Of a stretch of 64,000 nt of DNA, positions 10,746 to 21,098 are shown in pieces; the stretch's first letter is position 1, and each line of letters begins with the position of its first letter. A program made the position numbers and the translations under genes. The notes under the pieces were generated by a model, which was not told where the DNA came from, did no database searches, and saw only the letters and a list, made by a program, of their open reading frames with translations. The stretch comes from Gemmatimonadales bacterium (GTDB taxonomy: Bacteria; Gemmatimonadota; Gemmatimonadetes; Gemmatimonadales; GWC2-71-9). The stretch is taken from assembly GCA_037189525.1 (NCBI GenBank), contig JBBCJC010000002.1, positions 512,001 to 576,000 of the forward strand, given 5' to 3'.

Positions 10746-13700
10746 ATGGATGGCAGGGTGATGGCTGACCCCGCACCGACATGGCACGTCATCAGCGATG
10801 ACTGGCAGACGATAGCCGGTGACCGTCTCGAACGCTGCAAGGCTGTCATTCGGAACCGGCTGCCCAGTCTGTCGGTGCACATCGACGCCGAGTCGGTCGT
10901 CGCGCAAGCGCTGGTCCTCCCGTTCTATGACCGGGTCGTCGACGGTGCGTCCCGGCAGATCGAGCTCTGCCAGATCGATCTGCCCGTGCTCGAACGCGAG
11001 GGACGCTGGCTCCGCCGCTGGTTGCTGATCCTGTGGGACGGCGCCGAGGACGCGTGGGCAATCGACGGCAGCTCCCGGGTGCTCCACGATCTCAACGAGC
11101 GGATCGGTCTCGACTTCGGAGCCGAGGGAACCGATCAGCATACGGCCCGCCTCCAGGCGTATGTCCGGTTCTTCTGCGCCGTGATTGCCGGTGACGAGGG
11201 CACTTTCCCCATCATCGAACACCCCGCGGATCTGGGCTGGGATCCGGCTAATCCGGCGCTGTCGCTGGTCGGCGATGCGCCGCACGATCCCGATGCTCCC
11301 GGTCTCGACGGCACGCTGGCGCCGCTCCGCTTCGAGAGCGCCGCCGCAGCCGGCGACTCGGCCCGGGTGTACCGGAGCCCGACGGTGCATTCGGTCGACT
11401 CGGTGGTGATGTGTTACGGCACAGACATCTTCCGGGTCCAGATCGAACTCCATCTCGCTGATCGCAAGGAAGACGGGCGCTGGTATACCGGCCGGGTCGA
11501 GATGATCGGCGACAGCGGGCCTATCGCGCTCAGCCGGTTGCCTCGGCCGCTGTTGATCCGGACCTGGGCCGCCGGCTTCGCAAGTTTGGCCGCGTGGGAC
11601 GGTGAGCACCAGACGGTCTCGCTCGCTTCGGACGATTTTGCCTCGCTGCTTCATCACCCCCGGCTCGATGCTGCGCAGCGAGGGCGGCTGGATCCGGCAC
11701 CGGCCGTCGAGTCGTCATCCGACGGCGGAACCGACGCGGCGCTCTGGTCGCTCGTCCTGCGATACTGGGGCGTGCCGGACGAACAACCTATCGTGGTCAA
11801 CGGCGACGTCATTCTGCGGTCCGACGCCGGCGGCGCCGGTGATCGCCTCGCGCTGGATGTGCCGGTCGTCGTCAGCGGCGACCTCATCTTCCCCGCCGGA
11901 ACCGAATTCGCGCATCCGATCCGGTTTGCGCAATGGCGGGTCGAAGGCCGGTTGCAGGCCCGAGGCGCCAGGTTCGCTGCGCAGGTTGAACTGGCCGACT
12001 TTACGGTCCACAATCGGCTGCCCAAGGCGGTCGGCGCCGACGGCGGTCCGCGTGATCCGTTTGCGCAGCGGCCGGTCCAGTTTCATGAAACGGCCGTCGA
12101 CCTGGACGAGGTTCGGGTGGCGGGCGCGCTGGATCTGCGTCGGCTCACGGCCGCGGGCGAGTTCTCGATTCGGGGCGGCCGCGTCGACGGCGATATGGTG
12201 TTCGACGAGGTTTTGCTCAAGCCCAGATCCTCGGCTTTCGACCGGCCGATTCTCAACGCCGAGCGCCTCAATGTCGCGGGTTCGGCGCGATGCCGGCGCC
12301 TCTCGGCCACGGGACTCGTCGTGCTCGACAACATCCGGGTCGAGGGAACGCTCGATCTGAGCGGCACCGTCATTCACGGGGCCGGATACCCCCTGTCGGG
12401 GCTGCGGATCGATCGCGCCACGGTTGGCGGTGATCTCCTAATCAACGAACGGGGCTGGAGTCGCGAGCTCGACGCCACGCTGGCGACGATCGTATCCGGC
12501 GATCTCAGCGTCGTGTCGGCCGATGTCGGCGGCAACATCGAGATCGCGGCGACCTGTGTGTTGGGATCGCTCAATTTGCCCTCGAGCCGGGTCGGCGGAC
12601 GGATCGCGATCGGTGTCGCGGGCATGGCATCGCCGCCGGACGATGCGCCGGTCCACCTGCTCGGAAGCTACGTAGAAGAGATGGTCGATCTGGACCATGT
12701 ACAGGTCGGCCAGATGATCTACTTCGACGGCGTGGTCATCGACCAGTATCTCGCGATGGCCGGGATGCGCAGTGACGGGATCCGGGTGGCGAGCGGTATT
12801 GCCGGTCCGGGGCTGGTCGTGCGGGGGCAGGATACCTACGGACGCAGCGTCCGGCTCTTCGGCGCCTCGGTTGGTGCGCTCGAACTCGAAGGGCTCCAAC
12901 TGGGCGGCTCCTGCTGGATGGTCGGCCTGACGGTCGGGCCGCGATTCCGGCTCATGCCGGCGCATCTCCCCGCCGGCCGCTACGACACCGAGCACGCGAT
13001 CCGCGAGCAGGCATCCCGGGCCCGTCGTTTCGGCTCGGGCGACACCTGGCGGTCGGTCCATGACCAGTTCATTGCCGATGCCGTGGCCATTGCCGCCGCG
13101 GCGCCCCGGGAATCCGAGCCGATCGTGATGCCGCCGAAGATGTCGAGCGTGATGATGTACGAATCCCGCTGCGCCGGGAACTTCGAGCTTTGGGGCATTA
13201 CGCTCGATGCCCCGGCCGCGTCGACGCCGACCGGCGCTCCCGATCGCGCGCTTCACCTTCGGAACACCATGATCGACGGCAGTCTCTCGCTCCGGGAGCC
13301 GACCCAGGTGCCGGCCGCCGCCGATGATGCCGACACTCCGCCGATCGGCCTGATCGTCGGCGATATCCTGGTGGAGGGCGGCCGGGTTGGCGGTACCGCG
13401 GATCTTTCGGCCTGCCGGATTATCGGTGACGTGGAGTTGCGCAACATCGAACTGCATGGCGGCTTGCAGGTGGTCGATACCACGCTGATCCCGGCCGGAG
13501 AGGCGCGCGGGGGCTGTCTCTCGGTGGTGAATGTCCGAAGCGCGGCCGACCTGCTTTTGAGTGGCACCATGGGCCGTAACTGCCTGGTGCGCAACTCCCG
13601 GATCGAGGGTGATCTCGAAATCTCCCATCGCACCGTTCTCGGCGCTCCGCCTGCCCGCGCTCACTTCGCCTCGCTCGAAGCGACCGGCAACGTGATCGAA

Positions 13701-13799
13701 GGCCGGATCCTGCTCCAGCATCTCGATGTGACCGGCCCGATCGACCTGTCCGATACCCGTGCCGCGCGCGGACTCACCATCGGAGCGGAGTCCTCATGA
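10746..13799 (+). CDS. Large hypothetical protein: N-terminal globular domain plus long beta-helix-like repeat region
   Basis: 1017 aa with many degenerate repeats of the type VxGxLxLxxxxIxG (VAGALDLRRL, VEGTLDLSGT, VGGDLLI, IDGSLSL, VGGTADLSACRIIGDVEL, IEGDLEI). Confidence 0.75.
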   Translation: MDGRVMADPAPTWHVISDDWQTIAGDRLERCKAVIRNRLPSLSVHIDAESVVAQALVLPFYDRVVDGASRQIELCQIDLPVLEREGRWLRRWLLILWDGAEDAWAIDGSSRVLHDLNERIGLDFGAEGTDQHTARLQAYVRFFCAVIAGDEGTFPIIEHPADLGWDPANPALSLVGDAPHDPDAPGLDGTLAPLRFESAAAAGDSARVYRSPTVHSVDSVVMCYGTDIFRVQIELHLADRKEDGRWYTGRVEMIGDSGPIALSRLPRPLLIRTWAAGFASLAAWDGEHQTVSLASDDFASLLHHPRLDAAQRGRLDPAPAVESSSDGGTDAALWSLVLRYWGVPDEQPIVVNGDVILRSDAGGAGDRLALDVPVVVSGDLIFPAGTEFAHPIRFAQWRVEGRLQARGARFAAQVELADFTVHNRLPKAVGADGGPRDPFAQRPVQFHETAVDLDEVRVAGALDLRRLTAAGEFSIRGGRVDGDMVFDEVLLKPRSSAFDRPILNAERLNVAGSARCRRLSATGLVVLDNIRVEGTLDLSGTVIHGAGYPLSGLRIDRATVGGDLLINERGWSRELDATLATIVSGDLSVVSADVGGNIEIAATCVLGSLNLPSSRVGGRIAIGVAGMASPPDDAPVHLLGSYVEEMVDLDHVQVGQMIYFDGVVIDQYLAMAGMRSDGIRVASGIAGPGLVVRGQDTYGRSVRLFGASVGALELEGLQLGGSCWMVGLTVGPRFRLMPAHLPAGRYDTEHAIREQASRARRFGSGDTWRSVHDQFIADAVAIAAAAPRESEPIVMPPKMSSVMMYESRCAGNFELWGITLDAPAASTPTGAPDRALHLRNTMIDGSLSLREPTQVPAAADDADTPPIGLIVGDILVEGGRVGGTADLSACRIIGDVELRNIELHGGLQVVDTTLIPAGEARGGCLSVVNVRSAADLLLSGTMGRNCLVRNSRIEGDLEISHRTVLGAPPARAHFASLEATGNVIEGRILLQHLDVTGPIDLSDTRAARGLTIGAESS

Positions 13800-15304
13800 C
13801 GCGCGACGATCGGAGTGTCTCGGCAGCCCATCTCAATCTGACCCGCTTCCGGACCGAGTCGGACGTGCATCTGGGCGGCCTGCAACTCGGCCCCGAACGA
13901 GATGCCAATCCGGCCTCGAGCGCAGCTACCGATTCCACCGGCCGCTCCGTTACGAAGCGGATCATCACCCGTCTCGGCGCCAGCTGGCGACGCTTCCGGC
14001 GCGACGTCTTTGGCCCCGCGGCGGCGTCGGACCGGTCCGTCCCGGGTTCGCTGGTGGCGCGCCACGCGGAAATCGGCGGCGAGCTTCGGTTGCCGCGCAA
14101 TGTCATCGGATCGGCCGACCTGGCCTTCCTGACCGCCGACAAGCTCGACATCTCCGGCAGCGCCTTTCCGCCGTCCTCCGGCTCGGAGCTCGATGAAGGT
14201 GTTGCGCTCAGGCTGAGCAGCAGCCGGCTCGACTCGGTCGAGTTGCGCGCCCCGCTGCCGCACCGGGTCGATCTGCAGAACTCGGCGGCCCGGCACTGGG
14301 AAATCCTGGCGGAGGCTCGGAGCGGGGAAGGGGCGCTGGCTGCGGACGCGCACGGCCGCTATCTCGAGCTGCTCGACCGGTCGTCGCCGTTTGCGCGCGA
14401 TGCCTATGCCCGGCTCGAGCAGGACTTCCGCGCGGTCGGTCAGCATCATATTGCCGACAAGATCCTGACGCGGATGGGCTGGCGATCCTGGCGGCTCGCC
14501 AATCTGCGCGGGGCATGGGAAACGGCGCCCGCGCGAATGCTCACGACCCTGTTGGGGGTCGGTGTCGTGGTGGGCCTGTTCGGACTGGCGGCCGGCCCGA
14601 TGGCGGGAGTCTCGCTCCCGGGGTGGTTGCGGTTGGTGGTGCTGCTGCTGGTCGTCGGAATCGGGGTGGCCGGTTTGTTCCTCTATGCGCCGCGGCGCGC
14701 GTTGCAGTTCTGGTTTGGGCTGGTCGTGCTGTGGCCGTTTCAGGTGCTCTACGGTTTCGGGGTGCGTTGGTGGCTTCCGCTGGCGCTGTCGGCGCTCACG
14801 CTCGGCGCCGTCACCATGCCGATGATGAGCGATTGCCGTAACCTGATCGTACCGACGGCCGAGCGCACCTGGGTTGCTGAGCAATTGGCGGGGCGATCGA
14901 TCGGTGATCGCCTGGGCCGAGCGGCCCCGATCGGACCGGTCTGGTACGGTCGCTGTACTCTGGGATACGAGCGCGACGGCAGCAGCGGAACGGTACCCTG
15001 GTCGCTGGCCGACGCGTTCTGGCTCGCGCTTCGGTATCACCTCCCGATCGTGCCGCTGGACGCCTTCTTCGATGGCGAGCGGTCGGAAGATGCCAGGCCT
15101 TCGCCCGATCATTTGCTGTTGTGGGATCGCGCGACGAGCCCGGTTCCGGCCGCAGCCGAGACCGATGGTGGCGGGGTGATCCGGCGCCTGTTTGGCAGCG
15201 CGGGCACCTATGCCCGAACCATCTATCTGCTCAGCTGGATGGTGGTACCGTTCTCACTGATCTTTGCGGCGGGCAGAATCCAGCGGAAGTATCGGCTTCA
15301 ATAG
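13796..15304 (+). CDS. Membrane protein with residual beta-helix repeats and a C-terminal multi-TM domain
   Basis: ATGA overlap with the upstream gene and a GGAG RBS; AYARLEQDFRAVGQ helix, LYGFGVRW, ADAFWLALRYHLPIVPL; 4-5 hydrophobic segments. Confidence 0.75.
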   Translation: MTRDDRSVSAAHLNLTRFRTESDVHLGGLQLGPERDANPASSAATDSTGRSVTKRIITRLGASWRRFRRDVFGPAAASDRSVPGSLVARHAEIGGELRLPRNVIGSADLAFLTADKLDISGSAFPPSSGSELDEGVALRLSSSRLDSVELRAPLPHRVDLQNSAARHWEILAEARSGEGALAADAHGRYLELLDRSSPFARDAYARLEQDFRAVGQHHIADKILTRMGWRSWRLANLRGAWETAPARMLTTLLGVGVVVGLFGLAAGPMAGVSLPGWLRLVVLLLVVGIGVAGLFLYAPRRALQFWFGLVVLWPFQVLYGFGVRWWLPLALSALTLGAVTMPMMSDCRNLIVPTAERTWVAEQLAGRSIGDRLGRAAPIGPVWYGRCTLGYERDGSSGTVPWSLADAFWLALRYHLPIVPLDAFFDGERSEDARPSPDHLLLWDRATSPVPAAAETDGGGVIRRLFGSAGTYARTIYLLSWMVVPFSLIFAAGRIQRKYRLQ

Positions 15305-15367
15305 CGAGACGCGTGATCCGATGGGGTCGGTGCGCTACACATGCGCACCGACCCCTCGTGTTTCGAG

Positions 15368-16879
15368 CTAGCGGGCTCGGCCGAATCGGCGGCCGCCCAG
15401 CGCCACGGCTTCGACCCGACCCGACGCACCGATGGCAAAGTTCACGGTCTGCTCACCGCGCCACTCGAGGTCCGGCTTGGCGCGGAAGGTATCGAGATGC
15501 CAGTGCGACAGCACCGAGCGCAGCTGCGAGCCCTGCTTCAGAACCAGCACGCCGTTCTCCAGGGTCACGTCGACCTGACCCGCCAACGAATCCCGGTAGA
15601 CGCCGGTGTACGCGTCGAGTGCCAGTGACGGTTTGGTGCCCTGGATCCGCTGCCGTTCGAACCGCGCGCGGGCGCTGTCGCCCCGGGCCGCGGCATCGTT
15701 GAAGATCGGCAGCATCTCGGCGCTCCAGTCGCGGAGCGGGTTGCCGACCCAGGTGTCGACGGCGCGATAGAGCAGCGGGTGCCGCACTTCGACGTGGTCG
15801 AGGTTGCCCAGAACAAAGACGCCCATGTTGGCTTCACGAACCAGGCCGACGATGGCGATCATCCCGTCGATGCTGCCGGTATGGAGCTGGAGCGGCCGCC
15901 CCTGGTAGTCGGTCTGGAACCAGCCGAGTCCGTAGGTAATCCAGTTCGGCTTGGTCAGCGCCGCGGTCGGATAGAAGCTGCTCGGCCGGATGATCGTCTG
16001 CGGCGCAAAGAGCTCGGCCCAGGTGCCCGGCTTGAGCAGGCGCTTACCGCCGACCTTGGCGCTGTCGAGCACGAAGTTCATCCATTTGGTCATGTCATCG
16101 ATGCTTGCCCAGACCGACCCGGCGGCGGCGACCGCATCGACGGCTGCGTTGTTGATGACGCGAACGGTTCCGTTGACCCGATCGTGCGGGCTCGCGACGT
16201 TAGGCCGTCCCTTGGTGCCCGCCAGCGTCGTCACGGAATTGGTCATGCCGAGCGGCTGGAAGATCCGGGTTTCGATGAATCGTTCCCACGGCATCCCGCT
16301 CACGGCCGCGACCACGGCTCCCGCCGCGCCGTACGCCACGTTCTGATAGATGTATCCCGAGCGCATCGAGTAGGCGATCGGGATGAAGCGAGCCCGATAC
16401 AGGACTTCATCCAGGGTCGCGTCGGTCCGGTACCAGGTCACGTCGCCGTTGCCGAGACCGGCGCGATGCGTCAGCAGGTCGCGGACGGTAATTTCGCGCG
16501 TGATGTACGGATCGCTCAGCTCAAAGCTGGGAAGATGCTTGGTGACCGGGTCATCCCAGGCCACCTTGCCCTCGTCGACCAGCATGCCTAACGCGAGGGC
16601 CGTCATGGCTTTGGTGGTCGAGCCGATGGCAAACATGGTGTTGGCGTCGACCGGATCGGGCTTGCCGAGTTCCCGGACACCGAAGCCTTTGGCGTAAACG
16701 GTCCGGCCATCTTTGACGACGGCAACGGCCAGGCCCACGGCGTTCCAGTCCTTGACGGCTTTGGCGACATAGGCGTCGAATCCGGCAACGCGCGGATCGG
16801 GCCGTTGGGCCGGCAGGGTGGACGGGAGCATCGCGAGCAACGCGAGCGGGGCCAGGCGAGCGATCGAGGGCATGGGCAT
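15368..16879 (-). CDS. Exported serine hydrolase, beta-lactamase (AmpC-like) family with C-terminal DUF3471-like domain
   Basis: Signal peptide, FAIGSTTK (SxxK), LLTHRAG, YQN (YxN) and HTG. Confidence 0.9.
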   Translation of the reverse strand: MPMPSIARLAPLALLAMLPSTLPAQRPDPRVAGFDAYVAKAVKDWNAVGLAVAVVKDGRTVYAKGFGVRELGKPDPVDANTMFAIGSTTKAMTALALGMLVDEGKVAWDDPVTKHLPSFELSDPYITREITVRDLLTHRAGLGNGDVTWYRTDATLDEVLYRARFIPIAYSMRSGYIYQNVAYGAAGAVVAAVSGMPWERFIETRIFQPLGMTNSVTTLAGTKGRPNVASPHDRVNGTVRVINNAAVDAVAAAGSVWASIDDMTKWMNFVLDSAKVGGKRLLKPGTWAELFAPQTIIRPSSFYPTAALTKPNWITYGLGWFQTDYQGRPLQLHTGSIDGMIAIVGLVREANMGVFVLGNLDHVEVRHPLLYRAVDTWVGNPLRDWSAEMLPIFNDAAARGDSARARFERQRIQGTKPSLALDAYTGVYRDSLAGQVDVTLENGVLVLKQGSQLRSVLSHWHLDTFRAKPDLEWRGEQTVNFAIGASGRVEAVALGGRRFGRAR

Positions 16880-17006
16880 AGGATGTGAGGGAGAGGAAGC
16901 CTGAAATGTACACCGGATTGCGTCGGGTCGGATCACCTGCGCTGCGATCATGAACCGGTCCCGCTACCTTTTTCGGGTGAATTGCCTGTCGGAGGGGTCT
17001 CTGGCG

Positions 17007-18725
17007 ATGCATTCGGAATCCGGTCCTGTCGCGCGCGACTTGCAAGCACGCCTCTGCACCGTCCTGTTGCTGATGGTGCTGGCCTGGACCGGCTCCCTCC
17101 ATGCGCAGCTTGCGCCGAGACCGGAGCCGAAGCGCTGGTCGTCGGGGGGAGCGCTCACGCCCGAGCAGGCGGCGTACGACGTCCGATTCTATCAGTTGCG
17201 CTTTGCCGTCGACCCCGCCGATTCGTCCGTCGCCGGCGATGCGACCGTCCACGCCCGGGTGCTGGCCCCGCTCGACTGGATCGTCCTGGATCTCGATTCC
17301 GCCTGGACGGTCCGCTCGGTCGGCAGCGCCGATGGCGCCCAGCTTCGATTCGAACGCCGCGGCCTGACGCTTTGGATTCGGCCTGCCGCGCCCCTGGCGC
17401 CGGGCGATCAGTTTGCAGTTCGGATTCGCTATGATGGAAAGCCGCGGATCGCGCCGAGGCCGCCATGGATCGGCGGGTTCCAATGGGCTCGGACGCCGAG
17501 TGGCGCCCCGTGGATTGCGACGACGGCGGTCAACGAGGGAGCCGATCTCTTCTGGCCGGTCAAAGATCATCCGTCCGACAAGGCCGATTCCATCGCGATC
17601 GACATCACGGTGCCCCGCGGTCTGGTGGCCGCTTCGAATGGACGGTCCCGGGGCTCGCGGGACAACGGCGACGGTACCGTCACCTGGCAGTGGTTCGTGT
17701 CGACGCCGATCAGCAACTACAATGTCGCGCTCAACATCGCGCCGTATCGGACCCTCGAGCGGCGCTATTTGAGCGTCTCCGGCGACACCATTCCGGTGAC
17801 GTACTGGGTTCTCCCGGAAAATCTCGCCAAGGGAGAACGCCTGATCGACGAGATGCTCGAGCATCTCCGCTTCTACGAGTCGCTGCTTGGTCCGTATCCC
17901 TTCCGAGCCGACAAGTACGGCGTGGTGGAAACGCCGCATCTCGGCATGGAACATCAGACCATCATTGCCTACGGCAACGAGTATCGGGCCAATCCGTACG
18001 GATATGACGAACTGCACCAGCATGAACTGGCACACGAATGGTTCGGTAACCTGACCACGGCCAGCGACTGGAGCGACTACTGGCTGCACGAAAGTTTCGG
18101 AACCTACATGCAACCGCTCTACACCGAGCGATTGCGGGGCTCGGCTGCGTATCGAGAGGTGATCCTGGGCCAGTGGCGTGCGGCAAAGAACCGGCGCGCC
18201 ATTGCCGAACCGGGTCCGCTCACGGCGGCCGAAGTCTACTTCAATCCGCCGGACTACCTGCAGGGTGATGGCGATATCTACGGCAAGGGATCGGTGGTTC
18301 TCCATACCCTGCGCTATCTGCTGGGTGATGCCACCTTCTTTCCGATGCTGCGCCGATGGGTGTATCCGTCCGATTCCCTCGAACAGATCACCGATGGACG
18401 CCAGGTCCGGTTCGTCACCACCGATGAGCTGGTGACTTTTGTTTCCGCCGTCGCTGGCAGGGACCTGAGTTGGTTTTTCGACGTCTATGTGCGAGCGCCG
18501 GCATTGCCGCGCCTGATCGAGACGCGAACCGACAGCACGCTGACCCTGCGCTGGGTCACCGCGGGACAGCGGCCGTTCCCGATGCCGGTCGATATCGAAG
18601 TCGATGGGGTCCGGCGCCGATATCCGTTCGAGCGCGGGGTCGAGGTGCTTCGGGTCCGGCGGAATGCGCGGGTGCGAATCGACCCCGATTTCTGGGTCTT
18701 CCGGCAGCTGTCAGACTCTCTTTGA
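17007..18725 (+). CDS. Exported M1 family zinc aminopeptidase
   Basis: GMEHQ, HELAHEWFGN...WLHESF (HExxH-x18-E) and YGKG; GGAGG RBS; exact start uncertain. Confidence 0.92.
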   Translation: MHSESGPVARDLQARLCTVLLLMVLAWTGSLHAQLAPRPEPKRWSSGGALTPEQAAYDVRFYQLRFAVDPADSSVAGDATVHARVLAPLDWIVLDLDSAWTVRSVGSADGAQLRFERRGLTLWIRPAAPLAPGDQFAVRIRYDGKPRIAPRPPWIGGFQWARTPSGAPWIATTAVNEGADLFWPVKDHPSDKADSIAIDITVPRGLVAASNGRSRGSRDNGDGTVTWQWFVSTPISNYNVALNIAPYRTLERRYLSVSGDTIPVTYWVLPENLAKGERLIDEMLEHLRFYESLLGPYPFRADKYGVVETPHLGMEHQTIIAYGNEYRANPYGYDELHQHELAHEWFGNLTTASDWSDYWLHESFGTYMQPLYTERLRGSAAYREVILGQWRAAKNRRAIAEPGPLTAAEVYFNPPDYLQGDGDIYGKGSVVLHTLRYLLGDATFFPMLRRWVYPSDSLEQITDGRQVRFVTTDELVTFVSAVAGRDLSWFFDVYVRAPALPRLIETRTDSTLTLRWVTAGQRPFPMPVDIEVDGVRRRYPFERGVEVLRVRRNARVRIDPDFWVFRQLSDSL

Positions 18726-18901
18726 CCATCGCGGTCGGTCACCACAGCCGTTTTTTGCTCGAGGCAGGCCGATAATCCGCCAAGTGGCATGGCTTCGCAC
18801 GGCGATTGCAGAACGGCACCTACTCACCCGGCCGTCGGGGTTCGGGGTAATACCGGGGCCCATTAGGTTTCCAGACAGTGCATAACCACTTCCCGCGCAG
18901 G

Positions 18902-21097
18902 ATGACACGACGCTCGATCCGCGCCGCCGGTCAGCTACTGGCGGCGCTCGTCATGGCAGCCGGTATCGGCGGAGCGACGCCGGTCGCGGCGCAGGATACC
19001 GGGACCCTCTTCGTGACCGTCCGCCAGCCCGATTCCAGCGCCCTGCCCGGCGCGTTCGTGCGATCGGATCGGATCGGTAGCGCAGCCAACGACTCCGGAA
19101 TTGCCCGGCTCGAACTGCCCGCCCGCCTGGTCTCGGTCGCCGTCTCACATCCCGGTTTCGAGTCGCGGGTGTTCGAGATCACCATCATCGAGGGCGTCGC
19201 GCAGCGGTTCGAGTTGATTCTGGCACATCGCTCGGCGGAGCCTGCCGCGGCACTCGTCCATGCGCCGCGAACCGAGCGGCGCCTGGCCGACGAGCCGATG
19301 CCTGTGGTAGTGGTAGACGAAGCGGAAATGGCGGTACGGCAGCTGGCGCATCCGGTCGACCTCCGCGAACTCTTTGCCGGCCAGGGTCCGATTCGCGCCG
19401 AGGGGATCGGTGGCGTGCTCGACGCGGTGCGATTCCGCTCGGCCGGTCTCCGGGGGCAGTATACCGGCATCATGATCGACGGGATGCCGTTGCTGGGCAG
19501 TCATCCTGACGCCTTTGCCCTGGCGCAGCTGTCGCCGTTCGAGTTCGGTCAGGCCGAGTGGATTCGGGGGTCGACCACGGCGTTGCACGGGCCGATCGGA
19601 TCAGGGGGCGTCGTCAACCTGATCTCCCGCGCTCCCGAGCGCGACCAGGTGCGGGCCGCCGCCAGCCAGTCGTCGGAAAAGGGCGGCGGCGTCATGTTCT
19701 GGGGCTCGCGCCGCTTCGGCGCCGACCTGGGCGGTACCCTGTTCGGTGAGTTCCACCAGCAACGTCTGGTCGATTCGGATGATGACGGCTGGGGCGAGTT
19801 TCCCCGCGCCATTCGAATCGCCATCCGGCCCCGCTTGCACTACGATGCGCCCAACGGCGATGGTCTGACCCTCGCGGCCGGCGCCATGTCCGAAGAGCGG
19901 ACCGGGGGCTATCTCTTGGGCACGACCCCGGGTGAGCCCTTCCGCCACGAACGACGCACCCAGCGCTTCGATGCCGCCGCGACCGGACGACGTTTGCTGG
20001 GCAATAACGGGGTCCTGCGGCTCAAGCTGGCCGGGGCGTTCCGGGCCATCTCGCACCGGTATGACGAAGTCCGCGAGCGCGATCGCCGCGCCACCCTCTT
20101 CGGCGAGCTGCACTATCAGGGAAGTTTCGGCCCCACCGTGGTGCTGGCGGGCATCGGGTATCAGCGCGATGCGCTCCGTCACCGGGATTTCCCGACCTTC
20201 GATTACACCCACAGTTTGCCCAACGGGTTCGTATCCGTAACCCGCCAGCTGGGCACTTCGCTGACCGCGACCGTGGCCGGCCGCTGCGATCAGCACAGCG
20301 TTCACGGCCTGCAGTGCATGCCGCGCGCCGATGTCCTGATGCGACCCGCCGATTCGATCGAAGCTCGGGCCTACGCCGCGCTGGGCTACTCGGCCCCCAG
20401 CACCCTGGCCGACGAAGCGGAGCTGCTTGGTGCGCGGACCATGGTGCAGGTCAATGCCCGGGCCGAACGTCTGACCACGGCCGGCGGCGATCTGCGCTGG
20501 CACCGGAACGGCCTCGAACTGAGCGGTGCGGTCGGGTTCACCCGCGTGTCCGATCCCGTCCGCGTCGTCCCGGTCACCGCGGCCGACCCGGCGAGTCCGC
20601 TCCGGCTCCTCAATGTCGATCAGCCGACCCGGATCACCGCCATCGATCTGGCCGGAACCTATCGCCGCGGCGCGATGATCTACGGAGCATTCTACGGATT
20701 CCGCACCGGCAGCGAGGGCATTCCCGGTACACCGGGCCAGCGCCGGCCGGCGACCTATCTGTCACAGCATACGGCCGGAGCGCACATCGGCTGGCGGGCG
20801 CCCGCGACGGTGGGCGTGGCCGTCGATCTGCACGCCCGCTACCTGGGCAGCCAGCAGATCTCCGACAACCCGTTCCGCACCGAAGCTCCGGGGTACGGGC
20901 TGATCAATGGACTGGTGTCGCAACGCTCCGGACGCGCCCGCCTGTTCTTGAGCGCCGAGAACCTCCTCGACATCAAGCTCGCAAATTACGAATCGATCGT
21001 GATCGACCCGCCGGCGCGGGGCGAACGTCTCACCAATGTGCCGTGGATGCCGCTCCGGGGGCGGGTGCTGAGCCTCGGAGCAATGGTCGAGTGGTAG
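18902..21097 (+). CDS. TonB-dependent receptor
   Basis: Signal peptide, N-terminal carboxypeptidase-regulatory-like domain, plug motifs (GLRGQYTGIMIDGMP; EWIRGSTTALHG...GGVVNLISR), ENLLD and terminal GAMVEW. Confidence 0.85.
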   Translation: MTRRSIRAAGQLLAALVMAAGIGGATPVAAQDTGTLFVTVRQPDSSALPGAFVRSDRIGSAANDSGIARLELPARLVSVAVSHPGFESRVFEITIIEGVAQRFELILAHRSAEPAAALVHAPRTERRLADEPMPVVVVDEAEMAVRQLAHPVDLRELFAGQGPIRAEGIGGVLDAVRFRSAGLRGQYTGIMIDGMPLLGSHPDAFALAQLSPFEFGQAEWIRGSTTALHGPIGSGGVVNLISRAPERDQVRAAASQSSEKGGGVMFWGSRRFGADLGGTLFGEFHQQRLVDSDDDGWGEFPRAIRIAIRPRLHYDAPNGDGLTLAAGAMSEERTGGYLLGTTPGEPFRHERRTQRFDAAATGRRLLGNNGVLRLKLAGAFRAISHRYDEVRERDRRATLFGELHYQGSFGPTVVLAGIGYQRDALRHRDFPTFDYTHSLPNGFVSVTRQLGTSLTATVAGRCDQHSVHGLQCMPRADVLMRPADSIEARAYAALGYSAPSTLADEAELLGARTMVQVNARAERLTTAGGDLRWHRNGLELSGAVGFTRVSDPVRVVPVTAADPASPLRLLNVDQPTRITAIDLAGTYRRGAMIYGAFYGFRTGSEGIPGTPGQRRPATYLSQHTAGAHIGWRAPATVGVAVDLHARYLGSQQISDNPFRTEAPGYGLINGLVSQRSGRARLFLSAENLLDIKLANYESIVIDPPARGERLTNVPWMPLRGRVLSLGAMVEW

Positions 21098-21098
21098 G

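Noticed and set aside
15368..16879. Calling the serine hydrolase a true AmpC resistance beta-lactamase
   Set aside because: HTG in place of KTG and the extra C-terminal domain fit the broader peptidase/esterase branch; resistance cannot be inferred.
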